From Paraspadella gotoi (taxonomy: Eukaryota > Animalia > Chaetognatha), in the NCBI GenBank assembly GCA_051294375.1, contig CM119271.1:1420721-1484720 (forward strand): a DNA stretch of 64,000 nt, written 5' to 3'. Below, piece after piece: positions 46,501-58,029 of the stretch (positions within the stretch are counted from its first letter, which is position 1; every line of letters starts with the position of its first letter). Under the pieces are notes generated by a model, which worked only from the letters and a program-made list of their open reading frames with translations, was not told the DNA's origin and ran no database searches. Position numbers and translations under genes: made by a program.

Positions 46501-49216
46501 GTTGGAGATCCTGGCCGAGAAGCTAAACTGCTTTAAGGTGGCCGACGCTTCTTTCGCATGAGCGATTTTTTGCAAAGATAGGAGAACGATAAAATTAAAA
46601 TAGACCAAAACATTTCTAAAGTTATTGTCAAAACATTTTTTTCTCTAAACTTATCCGGTAGCAATTATCGTTGAATAATATGCTATAATTAATAATTAGC
46701 GTTTTGACAGATTTTATTTTTTTTTTCAAATCGGCGAGCGGGGTGGCAGACTTATTTTTTTCTCGTCGCCCATCGATTTTCTTTTACAGAAAACTTAAAT
46801 TCTGATATATTAGATATTTATTAATATATATTCCGTTGTCTTAGTATCCGCTGTCTTTTTTCTTGGAAGTGAAGCTTTAAACTTTTTGATGATCGCTTTT
46901 TCAGGGATCGAGTCCCACGGGCGAAGAGGAAGAGCGGAAGGCGCGTGACGCGGATGGGAAAAAACCGACGGGAGACGCGGCGGGAACGGACGAAGGTCGA
47001 GACTCCATGAAGATTGGAGAAAAATCTCGGTTGAACTTTTCCTGACGAAAACGGTTCATAAAAAGATACATTTAGATACATTATATTCTCGAAATTATAA
47101 TTTAACTATTTTACTGAGGTTTATATCCCATAAATTTTGGCTTGATTCATATGATTTTTGTATTAAGAAAAATTGAATAGATAACAATCTTGCAAAATTA
47201 TACTCCCTGATTCATGTTTTTTTTTCAGATATTTACATAGACTTAAAAATTGGACAATTAGCATAGCCATTTTTATAAAAAATCTTTTATAGGGTAGTGC
47301 GGGGTAATTCGGAACACTTTTGGAAGTATTCAAATTTTTCACATAGTAATTTTTTTTTTAAATATTTTTGGTAATATATCTAGAAAAGGGTCCCCGCTAC
47401 AGATTGATGTAGTCGTTTTTATCATGGGGTAAAACGGAACACTTAATATATTATGTATAATTTTTTAGAGAAAACAAAGTGTTTTTGAATTTATTACAAC
47501 GATTTTATTTTAATAGATGTAATAAATTCAAAAACACTTTTTCTCTAAATATTAAACAACAACGTAAAGAAAGGATTATCACATCATGTATAATTTTTTA
47601 TAAAATTACAAAAATAATAACTAAAACACTATTATTTGGAGCATAGTGCCTCTCGTTGATGTTTTATGTATAAAAAAATTTAAATCTAACATTCTTAAGT
47701 GGGTAAAATAATTTTTAATACTATGTTCGCAATTTTGAAAAATTGTTGAATGACAAAAGATACCAAATTTATATATATTTTTTGATTTATAGTATTTTTG
47801 ACAAAGTTTTTTATTTCTTTTCATTCCTGAATATCGTCCCCATCTTTCTTTTTAATTAATATTGGTTTTTCCCCCATTTTTTATTTTCAATGTTATTTTT
47901 TCTTATTCTTTTTATTTATCATTTTAATTTATCTTTTTAAATAGCATTTTATTTTTATTTCCTTTTATAAAACTATATATTTATAAACTAATTTTTTAAC
48001 CATATTTAGGGGTTAAATTCCATTCCAAACTTTTGTATTTTTTTTATTGCTAAAAATTGATTTTTTACTGTAACATTAATAGTATAATAATTTGTTTTTC
48101 GACTAATTATTTAACAAATATTGCTAACTGTTATCTATACTGAGTAAATTATTACTATCACGTTATAAAAAGCACAAGAGATAACACAGAATAATTACTT
48201 TACAGGTGTTCTGTTTTACCCAAATTTAATTGTAGAGGCTTGAAAATGACTACTCAAAGACGAAATTTGACTAGCAGCTTTGAAATTTAAATATCTAATG
48301 CACAAAAGAAAATTGTAAATATCTTTAAAAAATTTTTTTATTTCATTTTAGATGTCAGTGTTCCGAATTACCCCTGTTCAGTTCAGCACTACCCTAAATG
48401 AAATATATAGTTGTACAGTAGTTGGTTTATAGTGCATAATAGTTAGCCACTACATTCAAAATAGCCATGAAATGACTTAAATTTAAGAAAATAAATTTGG
48501 CTTTTTAGTTATATAGTTAGTTTAAAAAAAAAGAAGTTAACATTCGCTAGCGAATCGATATTTCTCGGAATTAATGTTTATTGATGAGTGTATAATGTGA
48601 TCGACTCCGGCCCCTTTTCCTCCCAAAGGCGCCGGTAAACGCCCGCGACTGGATCCGCTGCGCGCCCGCCCTACGTGATCAACGAGTGCATGCTGCGCGC
48701 GCTGAGCGACGCGCAACGCGCCGACGAGCGCCGCTTCGCCCTCAACGTACAGACCGGAGGCGGGACTTCACTACTTCTCCGTAGAGACGCGACGGGAGCT
48801 GGCGTCGTTGGAGAAGGCGTGGCACGTGGCTACCTACGTGGCTGTCAGTCGCCTCAAGACAAAGACCTACGGCTGCATCTGGCGCGGCAAGCTCTGCGGC
48901 CTCACGCTCGACCTGGCCACGGGTTTTCCCTCTACGACTCCGAGTCGAGAATCGTCATGTGGCGCTACAAGTTTCCCAGCTTAAAGGCTCCAGCGACGAC
49001 GGGAAGACGAGGCTCAAGCTCCACTTTCAGGACGAAGGAGGAGGAGGAGGAGCAGGAGCAGGAGAATCGGGCAAGTCGCAGATCGAGACCAAGGAGGTGG
49101 ACTGCTCCGCCATGAAGGCGTTGCTCTTCGGCATCCACGCTTTCCTCACGGCCAAGCTGGCCTCTGTGGATCCCGCCTTTTTGAACAGCGTCTCGCATAT
49201 CGAGAAGGGGCCTTGA
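37516..49216 (+). CDS. Gamma-type syntrophin (Syn2/SNTG-like), 6 exons
   Basis: Exons approximately 37516-37617, 37787-37948, 41076-41180, 41716-41942, 43039-43542 and 48629-49216. Split PH ([19 protein letters not shown]), PDZ ([24 protein letters not shown]), SU domain ([17 protein letters not shown]...[13 protein letters not shown]). The last exon needs four homopolymer indel corrections. Confidence 0.9.
38779..40525 (+). CDS. Ankyrin-like repeat plus C-terminal MYND-type zinc finger protein, nested in syntrophin intron 2 on the same strand
   Basis: Ankyrin-like motifs [48 protein letters not shown]-like CSYEKC...RCGAC...[17 protein letters not shown]. Needs an intron at about 39661-39911 and one frameshift near 40370. 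Confidence 0.7.
41354..41459 (+). mobile_element. Rearranged hammerhead-family insertion
   Basis: 12-bp direct repeat TTATATAGAAAA (41342-41353, 41460-41471). The 3' half GAGTCGAAACATGTTA is on the + strand; the 5' half (TTGATGAAGACTT) is present only in inverted orientation. Confidence 0.55.
42018..42100. repeat. Short inverted repeat (possible MITE remnant)
   Basis: TGTACTGTACTGTTTTACTAATAA...TTATTAGTAAAACAGTTCAGTACA arms around a short spacer. Confidence 0.55.
44342..47045 (+). CDS. Ionotropic glutamate receptor-family protein lacking the amino-terminal domain (IR-like), nested in syntrophin intron 5 on the same strand
   Basis: Signal peptide followed directly by S1 ([49 protein letters not shown]), M1, pore loop [21 protein letters not shown]3, S2 ([20 protein letters not shown]), M4 and a short tail. 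Confidence 0.85.
47292..48394. mobile_element. Tc1/mariner/pogo-type non-autonomous element
   Basis: TIR GGGTAGTGC-GGGGTAATTCGGAACACT (right copy has an 11-bp insertion), TA duplications, inner repeats GGGTAAAACRGAACAC at about 47427 and 48206. Confidence 0.82.
47468..47585 (+). mobile_element. Tail-only, 5'-inverted copy of the hammerhead-associated family
   Basis: 15-bp direct repeat ATGTATAATTTTTTA (47453-47467, 47586-47600). 23-bp perfect inverted repeat. Family motifs ACAACGATTTTATTT and CTCTA..AAACAAC..AAGGATTAT. Confidence 0.7.
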
Positions 49217-51555
49217 GGAGGAAAGAAGGGGGGCGTCTTGAAAAGGGTGGAGGACGGAAGTGAGGTTTAATGGAGATCCGATTCTCTGACCAAATTTTGG
49301 TCTTCATCCTTGGGTTTACATTCCTTAGCAACTTGCGCAACGAAAGGATTATGGGGGCAGCATTGCCCGTTTGATTTCCTTTTTTCAATTTAGATCTGAG
49401 AAGAAAATGAAATTTTTTGAGCAATCTTTCTCTTCGCTCTTTCCTCTCCTGCTCTTTTTAAAGAATTCCCCCTTCTCCCTCCCGAAAGGAAAAAAAAGGA
49501 AGAAGGATTTCTGAAACAGTGATTACTAAATTAGCCTATATACGACATATATAATTGCGTATCTTTTTATTACTTTTCTCCCGTTTTTTTTAAATGTACC
49601 TCGTTTCCCCTCCTTCGTCGAGTCGTGCACTAACAAGCCGTGGTAATTTAGACTACTTTTGTGAACAACAGCAACAACAACAACAACGCGTTCTATCTAT
49701 ATTTCACACTCTTCTTTATCTCGTGTCTTTATGCCAAAGGTATATTGCGGTATTTCGTGAGCCCTTACCCCTATTTTTTCTCCCCCGCTCCCCTTTCACC
49801 AATGTCCCCCTCGATCATTCCCCGCCCTTCCCCAATTCACGGTCTTTCTCTGTGTCATGTGCCTTTTTGGTTTCTCTTTTTTCTATGAAACGTTTGCAAC
49901 GCCAAAAAGTCGAGCGCGTTCTTCCCTGCCACCGGAAAGTCCTCGAACGAGGAACGATTTCGGTGGAATATCTCTCCACAACATTAACAACAACAATGGA
50001 AATCAGCTTTGAAACTTACCCAGTTGTTTAGCTTTAAATAAAAAGAAATTTTTCTGTCTTGTCTCTTCGTGGTGAAGCGACTTACCAAAAAAAATCCACA
50101 TTTTTCTTGACCATTTCGCAACGCTAAAAGTCATTAATAATTGAGAGAAATAAATTAAGAAAAATGATAGTGGAACTCTAATCGAGTCGCCATACCGAAA
50201 TCCTTCGTTCCCTCGCTACGGTTTTAAAACTCGTAAAACGTGCAAATTCGTCATTTTTTCCTCCCCTCCTCTATTTTTCTTTTTTTTTTTTAAATCATCG
50301 CCAATTTGTGTCGTGTCCCTGAGTTGGCTGATCTTTTGTTTCATCCCTTTTTCCTCTTCCAAGCCTTCGTGGGTCGCGGGGGCAATCTTACCTCGCGACT
50401 CGAGAGGCGGCATCGTCGTCGCCGTTGACCCAAAAAGCAGCAGCGTTTTCATATCATTCCTTGTTATATCATTTGTGCCGGAGGGAAAAAAAATATGACA
50501 AAACCGGAAAGAGATTTTAGTCTTTGGATTTTTTTTTGTTAGAGTATTTCCCCTAAAAACCAAAAAAAAAAAAGTAAACGCGGTGCCTGGAATTTCCGAA
50601 AGGAAAAAAAAACCGTAGTTCACCAAATTAGATTTTTTTTTTAACTTTTGAAATACCAAGGTCAGTTTAATTAATTGTGAAACTTTGGGCTTGTGAGAAT
50701 CGGAGCTTAGCGTTTATAATTAACCCCATAAAAGCTAACTTTCGTAGGAACACCCGAAGATCTTTCAATCCGCTTTTCTCTCTCTCTCTCCCCAATTCGT
50801 TGTATTCTATGCACAAATACAATTGGTACAAGAGTTTTTAAGATGCTGAGACTTGTTTTTTTTAAAGAGAAATGCATTAAAAAAAACCAGATGGCTAAGT
50901 CTGTCGTAAGAAATTGCCTAACTTCTGTCTTTTCATTCATATATCATCTTGTCAAATTATACTTTCCCAAATAACATATCAACGCAGTACAGATTTCTTT
51001 TCTCTTTTCTCTTGTCCAGGACATTAACAAAAATACTAAATTAATTGGTGAAAAATTAGTTACCTAAAGTTACTTCTATCATAGTCTCTCTCTCTTTCTC
51101 TCTCCCTCTCTCTCTCTCTCTCTCTCGCTCTCTCGCTCTCTCTCTCTCCCTCCCCCCATTTCCGGTTTTCGAAAGGTGAAAACAATCAGTATAACCATCA
51201 CCCATTTTTTTCGGTTTCCTTTTGTTAATTTTTTTTTTAAATCTCGTATCGAAACTTCATTTATATCATTTATGATTTATTATTGAAAGTAGTATTACGT
51301 AATGTCATAACAAAAAAAAATTGTACTTGATACTTTATTCGGTATAATGTATAGATAACTACAATTAATTATTTCTTTGGCGGAAATTTACGAGTATTTG
51401 TCGAACAGTACTAGTATTAGTTTTTTGTTATGTTCATTATTTTGCCGACTATAAAGTCTTCTTTTCATAAAAAACAATGGAAAATATTTCCGGGGAGAAT
51501 CGTTTTTTATAAACGGAAAGAAGATAAAAAAAAACGACAAACGATTTGGAAAAAA

Positions 51556-51565
51556 NNNNNNNNNN
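51556..51565. other. Assembly gap
   Basis: Ten N characters within a poly-A run. Confidence 0.99.
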
Positions 51566-51751
51566 AAAAAATCCAGTCAAATATGAATTCGCCATTCACG
51601 ATTATTTATATTTATTTGAAACTTACCTTCGAAATCTCTCTCGGTATTTACGTAAAAAAATCATGTTATGCGGTTTTGCCATGATATTGATATTGATCTT
51701 GCATTTTGTTTTAATCCAATTTAAAAGAGAATTTGAATCCAAACGAATTCT

Positions 51752-52399
51752 ATGGAGAGGAATGACGAAACTGACGAAAAGGCGGTCGCTTCGGCGAAAG
51801 CGGCCTCCATCACGGCAAGATCCTCCGCCCGGCGTTTCCGGCGCTCCTTCTGGAACGCCGTCGACGCCCCGGAAGACGATGACGACGCCGATTTAATAAA
51901 AACTCTTTCCGGTTCTTCTTCCCTCGACGCCGACGGGGGCTCCTCCGGTCCAGGCGACGACGCCTTCTGCTTCTCCAACTGGGCGTGGCTCATCGGCGCA
52001 ATCGCCGTCGTCCACTACTCTGACTTTTTTCGCGTCCTCGTCTTCTCCGCCTTTTCCTCTTCCTCCCCCCGCCCCCACCGTCCCGCCTTCTTCCTCGGCC
52101 TCTCTCTCCTCGTCATCAACCTCTCCATCTTCTATTATCTCGTCGTCCATCTCTCCTGGCGCCGCGGCGTCTCTTCCGATCGCTGGGACGACGTCGTCCC
52201 GAAGGCCGTGCCCCTCGCCGCCGCCTCCTTTTGCGGCGCCGTGCTCTTCCTCGCCGCGGGGCTGTGGCCCGTGTGGGGCATTTTTACGGTGCCGGTGTTG
52301 AGCACGGTGTTCATGGGGTTCGTGTCGGGGTTGGCGATGACTTCGCGGATGGCCGAGTTGGCGAGGGGATGGAGAGAGAAGGAGAAGAAAGTCTCCTGA
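51752..52399 (+). CDS. TMEM128: Transmembrane protein 128-like, intronless
   Basis: 215-aa ORF with four hydrophobic segments. LWPVWGIFTVPVLSTVFMGFV resembles the TMEM128 LWPVWSFFTPLLLFTQFMG motif. Confidence 0.75.
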   Translation: MERNDETDEKAVASAKAASITARSSARRFRRSFWNAVDAPEDDDDADLIKTLSGSSSLDADGGSSGPGDDAFCFSNWAWLIGAIAVVHYSDFFRVLVFSAFSSSSPRPHRPAFFLGLSLLVINLSIFYYLVVHLSWRRGVSSDRWDDVVPKAVPLAAASFCGAVLFLAAGLWPVWGIFTVPVLSTVFMGFVSGLAMTSRMAELARGWREKEKKVS

Positions 52400-52755
52400 C
52401 GATTACTGGATTGCATTTCACTACATGTTCTTAGTTTCCCCACCTTCCCATTTATTTTCACAAATCCCTCTTCATTATCTTTTCCATTTTGGAAAGCAAG
52501 AATTATAAATATTCGCCGCCGGGTCGGCGCTGTTTTGAAAACTGACCGCGAATGCCTTCTTTTTCATTGAACATTTTAGTAATAAGTATATGTGATATAA
52601 ATCTCATTTCAACTTCGCTAATTTCAATTCTTTCCTCCGTTTTATATTTCGCCGTTTTCTTTCTCTCTCAAAGCGCGACCAGATCGACCCCGGGCCAAAG
52701 CCCCTCCAACGGAAGGGCTTAAAATAAACTCTGACTCGGGCGGCTTTTCTGAGAA

Positions 52756-54252
52756 ATGGCATCGGCCCAAAGCCTCTTGGGACTCGTGAATCAACTGCAA
52801 TCGATGGAGTCGACATTCTCAACCATCTTGATGGAGGCCGTCATGAAGTTGGCTTCTCTCACCGGTCAGTATGATGTGATGCCGATGTTGTTATTGTGAT
52901 TTTGATTCGGTTCATGGGAGTTTTTTTTTTATCGTTAATCCCTTCGTATAATCAGACACCAATGTTTTCTTGATGGTGGAAACGGCGGAGGGTCGACGCT
53001 TCTGCGGCAAGCGCCACCTGTGCGACCAGTACCTCCACGGCGGCGGCCTCCTCCCCATCGGGAACGACCTCGAGATGGACGTCGACGTCACGGTCACGGG
53101 TGTCCGCGAAAAGTCGCTCTTGGGCGGCGGCGGTGGCGCGCTGGCCAACTACCACCACTCTGGCGGCGCCAACCTCGGCATGCAGGGCTGGGCCAACGCC
53201 CCGGCCGGCGGTGGCGGCCGAAAGCGTCCCTCCACCTACTCCAACCCGTCTTACTCCAAGCACCAAAAGATGGCGCAGCAGCAGGCCATGGCCGCGGCGG
53301 CGGCGGCAGCTGCGGCGGCCGCCGCCCAGGAGCAACAGCAGCACAAGGACCACGTCAAGTCGGAGGCGGAGCGGGATCGAGGGGACGGCGGCGACGAAAA
53401 CGTCGTCGTCGATCGAGAGAACGCAGCCGCCGCCGACGCAGCGGGGAACGAGGACCAGCGCGGCCGAGAGGGAGGCGGGGACGGCGGCGGCGGCTGCAAC
53501 GCCGTCGCGCCTTGGTCCGGCAACCTCGTCGGAGGCAACGCTTATCAAGGATTTCACGGAAATATGTCCAGCGGACCTGTGGCCAACATCAACGTCAACA
53601 GCGAACAACTGGTAAGTGGCTGGGGTTGGTCGGAAATGGGAAAGTCAGAATGGGCCATATCTGGATACAAAAAGGCAAGAAAATCGATGCAAATATGGGT
53701 TGATGTTGCATATTATTTGTCATACAGGTCACGGGGTCCGTGTTACCCCTGTGACTATCTGAAACCGAAAGTGAAGTTATTACGTAAACAGATCATCGAG
53801 AATATGGAATCCCCCCCCCTTCGGCCTTCCGCCAACCTCGCTCTCGTTCCCAGGTCGTAGACGACAAAACCATAGACGTTCTCTTGTCCCAAAATTCCAA
53901 GGCGGACATTCTGCGGTCGGTGATCGACCCGGATTGCTTGCAGGACCGGGAGTCTTCCATCGTGAAGCTCCTCAACAGCCACCTGTACGACGTGGCCAAG
54001 GGCGGGGCCAATTTTTGCCCCGTTCGGTGTCGCAAGGACCCCCGGTGCCGCTACTTTTTCCGCACTCTTTTCGAGGGCTGGTGGAACGCCTTCCCAAATT
54101 TCCAAGACTTTAACTCGCGCGGCGTCAAGGTGGAGCAGAACAACTCCACCACGAAGCCGCTCAAGACTTACGCGAGAACGCGGATGCAGGCCAATTTCGG
54201 TTGGGCCATAGAGTACATGGCCAAAAGCAAGCCCGTTTCGATCGTGGAATAG
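52756..54252 (+). CDS. Unrecognised protein, isoform A (exons 52756-52864, 52956-53611, 53854-54252)
   Basis: In-frame GT-AG joins and GC-rich codon usage. Compact N-terminal domain, poly-Ala/Gln/Gly linker, C-terminal domain of about 130 aa. Confidence 0.75.
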
Positions 54253-54692
54253 ACTCATGTCGTCGTTTAGTATATTTTTTGGTCGGTCAGTTGGCGGTCG
54301 TTATTGCGTCGTCGTCGTCCTTTGGCGCGATCTCTGTTGCCCGGAAGCGTTTAGTTTTTAATCAAGCCCTCTATAATTGGGACTGGAGGGACCCCTGGCA
54401 CCGTGGTCGAAGCCGTATTAACTGTGATCCAATTGTGTATCTCATGTGATTCAATTTTTTTTTTTGCTATTAATTATTAGTCGAAAATGTGTTACCATTA
54501 TATGATTGTTTAATTTTTGTTTTAAAAATGGACTCCATCGATGAATTGTGACGTTAATTCGATCTGTCAGTGAGTCAAAAGACAATCGAAAGAGAATTAA
54601 AATAAATTAAAATTATTAAATTGTATTGGTAAACAATTTTTCCCCCCGATTCTTCACTCTCCAATTCAACTTTCCCCTCCTCCCTCCATCAG

Positions 54693-55067
54693 ACGATTGA
54701 CTTCGAAAAGATAGACGAGGAATTCTCGGAATTCATGCAACACGACTCGAAAGTCTCCCTCCTTCAGGCCGTGACTGACCCAGAGACCTTTCTCACGCCC
54801 GAGTCCTCGATCAAGCGCTTGCTTAACTCCCACCTCTATGACGTTTCGAGACTCTTGTCCCGGCGTTACTATTTGCCGAGAAAGGACCCCCTGACCAAAA
54901 AGTGGTTTTCCGACGTCTTTGAAAAATGGTGGGCCTCTTTCCCCAATCTCGACAAGTTCGAGTCGGAGGGACTCAAGTTGCCCGACCGAAACAGAACGCC
55001 GAGCATCAAGAGCTATGCCCGATCCCGAGTGCATAGTTGGTTTGGAGCCTGCTTGGACCGAAGATAA
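54693..55067 (+). CDS. Alternative last exon B of the same gene, paralogous to exon 53854-54252
   Basis: Phase-0 CAG acceptor after a pyrimidine tract. Shares ESSI..LLNSHLYDV, RKDP, FE.WW..FPN, K.YAR.R and FG with exon A. Has its own stop codon. Confidence 0.75.
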   Translation, partial: TIDFEKIDEEFSEFMQHDSKVSLLQAVTDPETFLTPESSIKRLLNSHLYDVSRLLSRRYYLPRKDPLTKKWFSDVFEKWWASFPNLDKFESEGLKLPDRNRTPSIKSYARSRVHSWFGACLDRR

Positions 55068-55991
55068 ACGAGAGAAGAAAAAAAAGGGGAAAAAAAGTGG
55101 ACGCTCTCTTTTTTCTTTCCTTTTTAGCTTATGGGTTATTTAAAGAAATGACAGTTGTAAAAAAAAAAGATACACACAAAAATGACTTTTTTTTTTAATT
55201 TGTGTCGTGTGTGTTCCTTCTTTGAAAGTTAATTTTTTTAGATCCATCGTATGATTTATTTTTGTACAAAGTAATTTTTAAAAAAGTTGCTAACATTGAT
55301 GGACTTTTTAACAATATAATCGCTTTGCCTTTCCCAAGAAGAAAAAGATTCGTTTTAAGGATCTAAGTTAAAATAATTAATGCTTTTTATAAATATGTAT
55401 CTATTTGAAGAAGCAATTTATTTTGTGAATGACCTGAAAAGGAAGACAATTTTCCAGTTTTTTTTTTCTGTACAGTCAACGAAAAAAAAAAGTAGTGCCA
55501 TAAAAACGATTCTATTCGTCGCGACTAATCGAGCCAGTGTTGCGCTTTTCGAGTTTTCCTATACAAATATATAAATATATATTTAGTGAAATGAATACCG
55601 TAGTTTATTCTGCACTTTTCTGCTTTAAACAAGGAAAAAATGATCCCATTGACTTGAGGGAACGATTGGTCTTTTGATCTCACTGCAGATTCGCCATTTG
55701 TTTTTGTTTTAATTAGCTGGGCGTCATAATCTATACTTGGTTGGCATTCTTTATTAAAGTGCAACGATGTCCTCATCGGTGAGAAAGCCGCCTTTCTTTC
55801 CGCCCCCCCCCTTTCCAGAAAATTTTAATCCATCGTGTTGCAAATTTATTAAATGACTTGTTATATTTTCTTTTTGGAGTGAATAAAAAGCCTGTAGTTT
55901 AGACTATCTACGAATTTTAAATAGAATTTGATTTATAGTTTTCACATGACTAAGTCTACATAAATGCGATTTAAATTATAATGTAGAAGTA

Positions 55992-56106
55992 GAACAAAGT
56001 TTGAAGAGAGATTTAACAACGATTTTTATTTCATAGTGAAACGGACATGTTTCGACTCACATACGAGTCTTCTTCAGCGCCAATTCAATTTGAAAGGAAA
56101 AAACAC
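55992..56106 (-). mobile_element. 115-bp insertion with intact minimal hammerhead motif (56041-56080)
   Basis: 12-bp direct repeat AATGTAGAAGTA (55980-55991, 56107-56118). Minus strand reads GCG-CUGAAGA-A-GACUCG(UAUG)UGAGUC-GAAAC-AUG-UC/CGU, then AAAUAAAAAUCGUUGUU. Confidence 0.85.
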
Positions 56107-56491
56107 AATGTAGAAGTAATAACTTAGAAAACGTCCTAGATAATCATAGTTTTCTTTTTTATTTTGCGTTGTACCGTTTTTTTTTCCTGTCTTCAAGGCC
56201 AAAGAGAACTTTTTCCTCTCTAATTTAAGTTTTTATTTTGTCTCTTATCCTTTCCAAATATTCTCTCGTAATTCTTTGTAAATCGATGACGATAAAAAAG
56301 TGCATCTCTCTCTCTCTCTCATCATGTTTATCCCTCCCAATACAGATATTAAAAAAAACAACAAAAACGGAGTTTAATGTGAACCGCTAAAAAAGCTGGC
56401 GTCTTCCGGATCGGCAATCAATTCTTTGCGCCTCTATCGTTGAACAATCACTGTTCCGATGTCTTCGGTATCGCGTTTTTGATCGGAACCC

Positions 56492-58029
56492 ATGGATGCT
56501 GAATCGATGGCCATGGAGGAGGAGGCGACGGCAGGGACTGCAGGTGCGGCGGCGGTGGGCGTGGCAAACGACCTCGGCGTGGCGGTCGTCAGTGTCGACG
56601 CCAACCCGTACTGTACTTTGGTTAATTTTGACATCGAAAAGAAGATTGGCCAAGGCCAGGTAAGAAGAGCATTTGCATTTGCGTTTCAACGTCCTTTCGC
56701 TATTTTTAGTAACTGTAATGTCTGCCATTAGTTCTCATCCGTGTTTCGAGCAAAATGCAAGATCAATCAGCAACAAGTGGCGCTGAAGAAGGTCAAGATC
56801 TTTGAGATGATGGACGCCAAATCCCGACAAGATTGCATCCGAGAAATAGGTAAGGAACTTTTCTCTTACGAGAGTTGTAGTTAGTTAAAGGCTATGGGTC
56901 TTAAAGGGCCTTATAAGTCCTTCTAAAGCTCAATAAAGCTCAAAAATGATCGAGAATGCTCAGAAGAAATCAAGAATGCCTTAAAAAACTTTAAAAAGCT
57001 GTATAATGTCCCAGAACTCTCTAGACCTAATGGAATCCCCCTATGCAATTCCAGAAGGCTTACTCCTCCAAATAAGCTGTCAAATTGATTTGTTCCCACC
57101 AGATCTCCTAAAACAACTGAATCACCCCAACGTCATTAAATATCTTCAATCGTTCATCGAAGACAACGAGTTGAATATCGTGTTGGAACTGGCCGACGCC
57201 GGCGACCTCTCTCGCATGATCAAGCACTTCAAGAAACAAGGGCGCCTCATACCCGAGAGGACCATTTGGAAGTACTTCGTCCAGCTCTGTTCTGCCCTAG
57301 AGCACATGCATTCCCGGTAATTTTTTTTTCCGAGCTTGCAGCAGATCTCCAACGCATTTTAAAAATTACTCCGTTATTTCATGCGGTTCTTTCCTTCACT
57401 CCAGCCGCATCATGCACCGTGACATCAAGCCGGCCAACGTCTTCATCACGGCCCAAGGTGTCGTCAAACTTGGCGACCTCGGCCTCGGCCGCTTCTTCTC
57501 CTCCAAAACCACGGCCGCCCATTCCCTCGTCGGCACCCCCTACTACATGTCGCCCGAGCGGATCCACGAGAACGGCTACAACTTCAAGTCGGACATCTGG
57601 TCTCTCGGCTGCCTCCTCTACGAGATGGCCGCTCTCCAGAGTCCATTCTACGGGGACAAGATGAATCTGTACTCGTTGTGCAAAAAGATCGAGCAGTGCG
57701 ACTATCCTCCGTTGCCAGGCGACGTGTATTCGGGTGAGGAGAGGAAGGTTGGGAAATGTTTATGGAATAGTTATGTTTGCGCCACTAAAATATGCGATAT
57801 GTATTCGAGTGTAAAATGTATCATAATTATATACATTTTATACAAAATAATATTAATAAATACTACATTAAAAATATATATTAACGTTTTCCGTTAATTT
57901 TCCGCAGACGAACTCCGTAGCCTCGTCGACGAATGCATCAACGCCCGCCCCGAGAAACGCCCCGACGTAAAAACTGTCAGCGAAATCGCCTCGCGGATGC
58001 ACATGAGTTCGGTCAGCGCCATCCAGTGA
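56492..58029 (+). CDS. NEK7: NIMA-related kinase NEK6/NEK7, 5 exons
   Basis: Motifs [90 protein letters not shown]. Likely co-orthologous to NEK6 and NEK7. Confidence 0.95.

Noticed and set aside
48660-48985. Four frameshifts in the last syntrophin exon suggesting recoding or pseudogenisation
   Set aside because: All fall in short homopolymers (extra C, extra G, two missing T) and the protein is otherwise conserved. Most likely sequencing or assembly error; raw reads would settle it.
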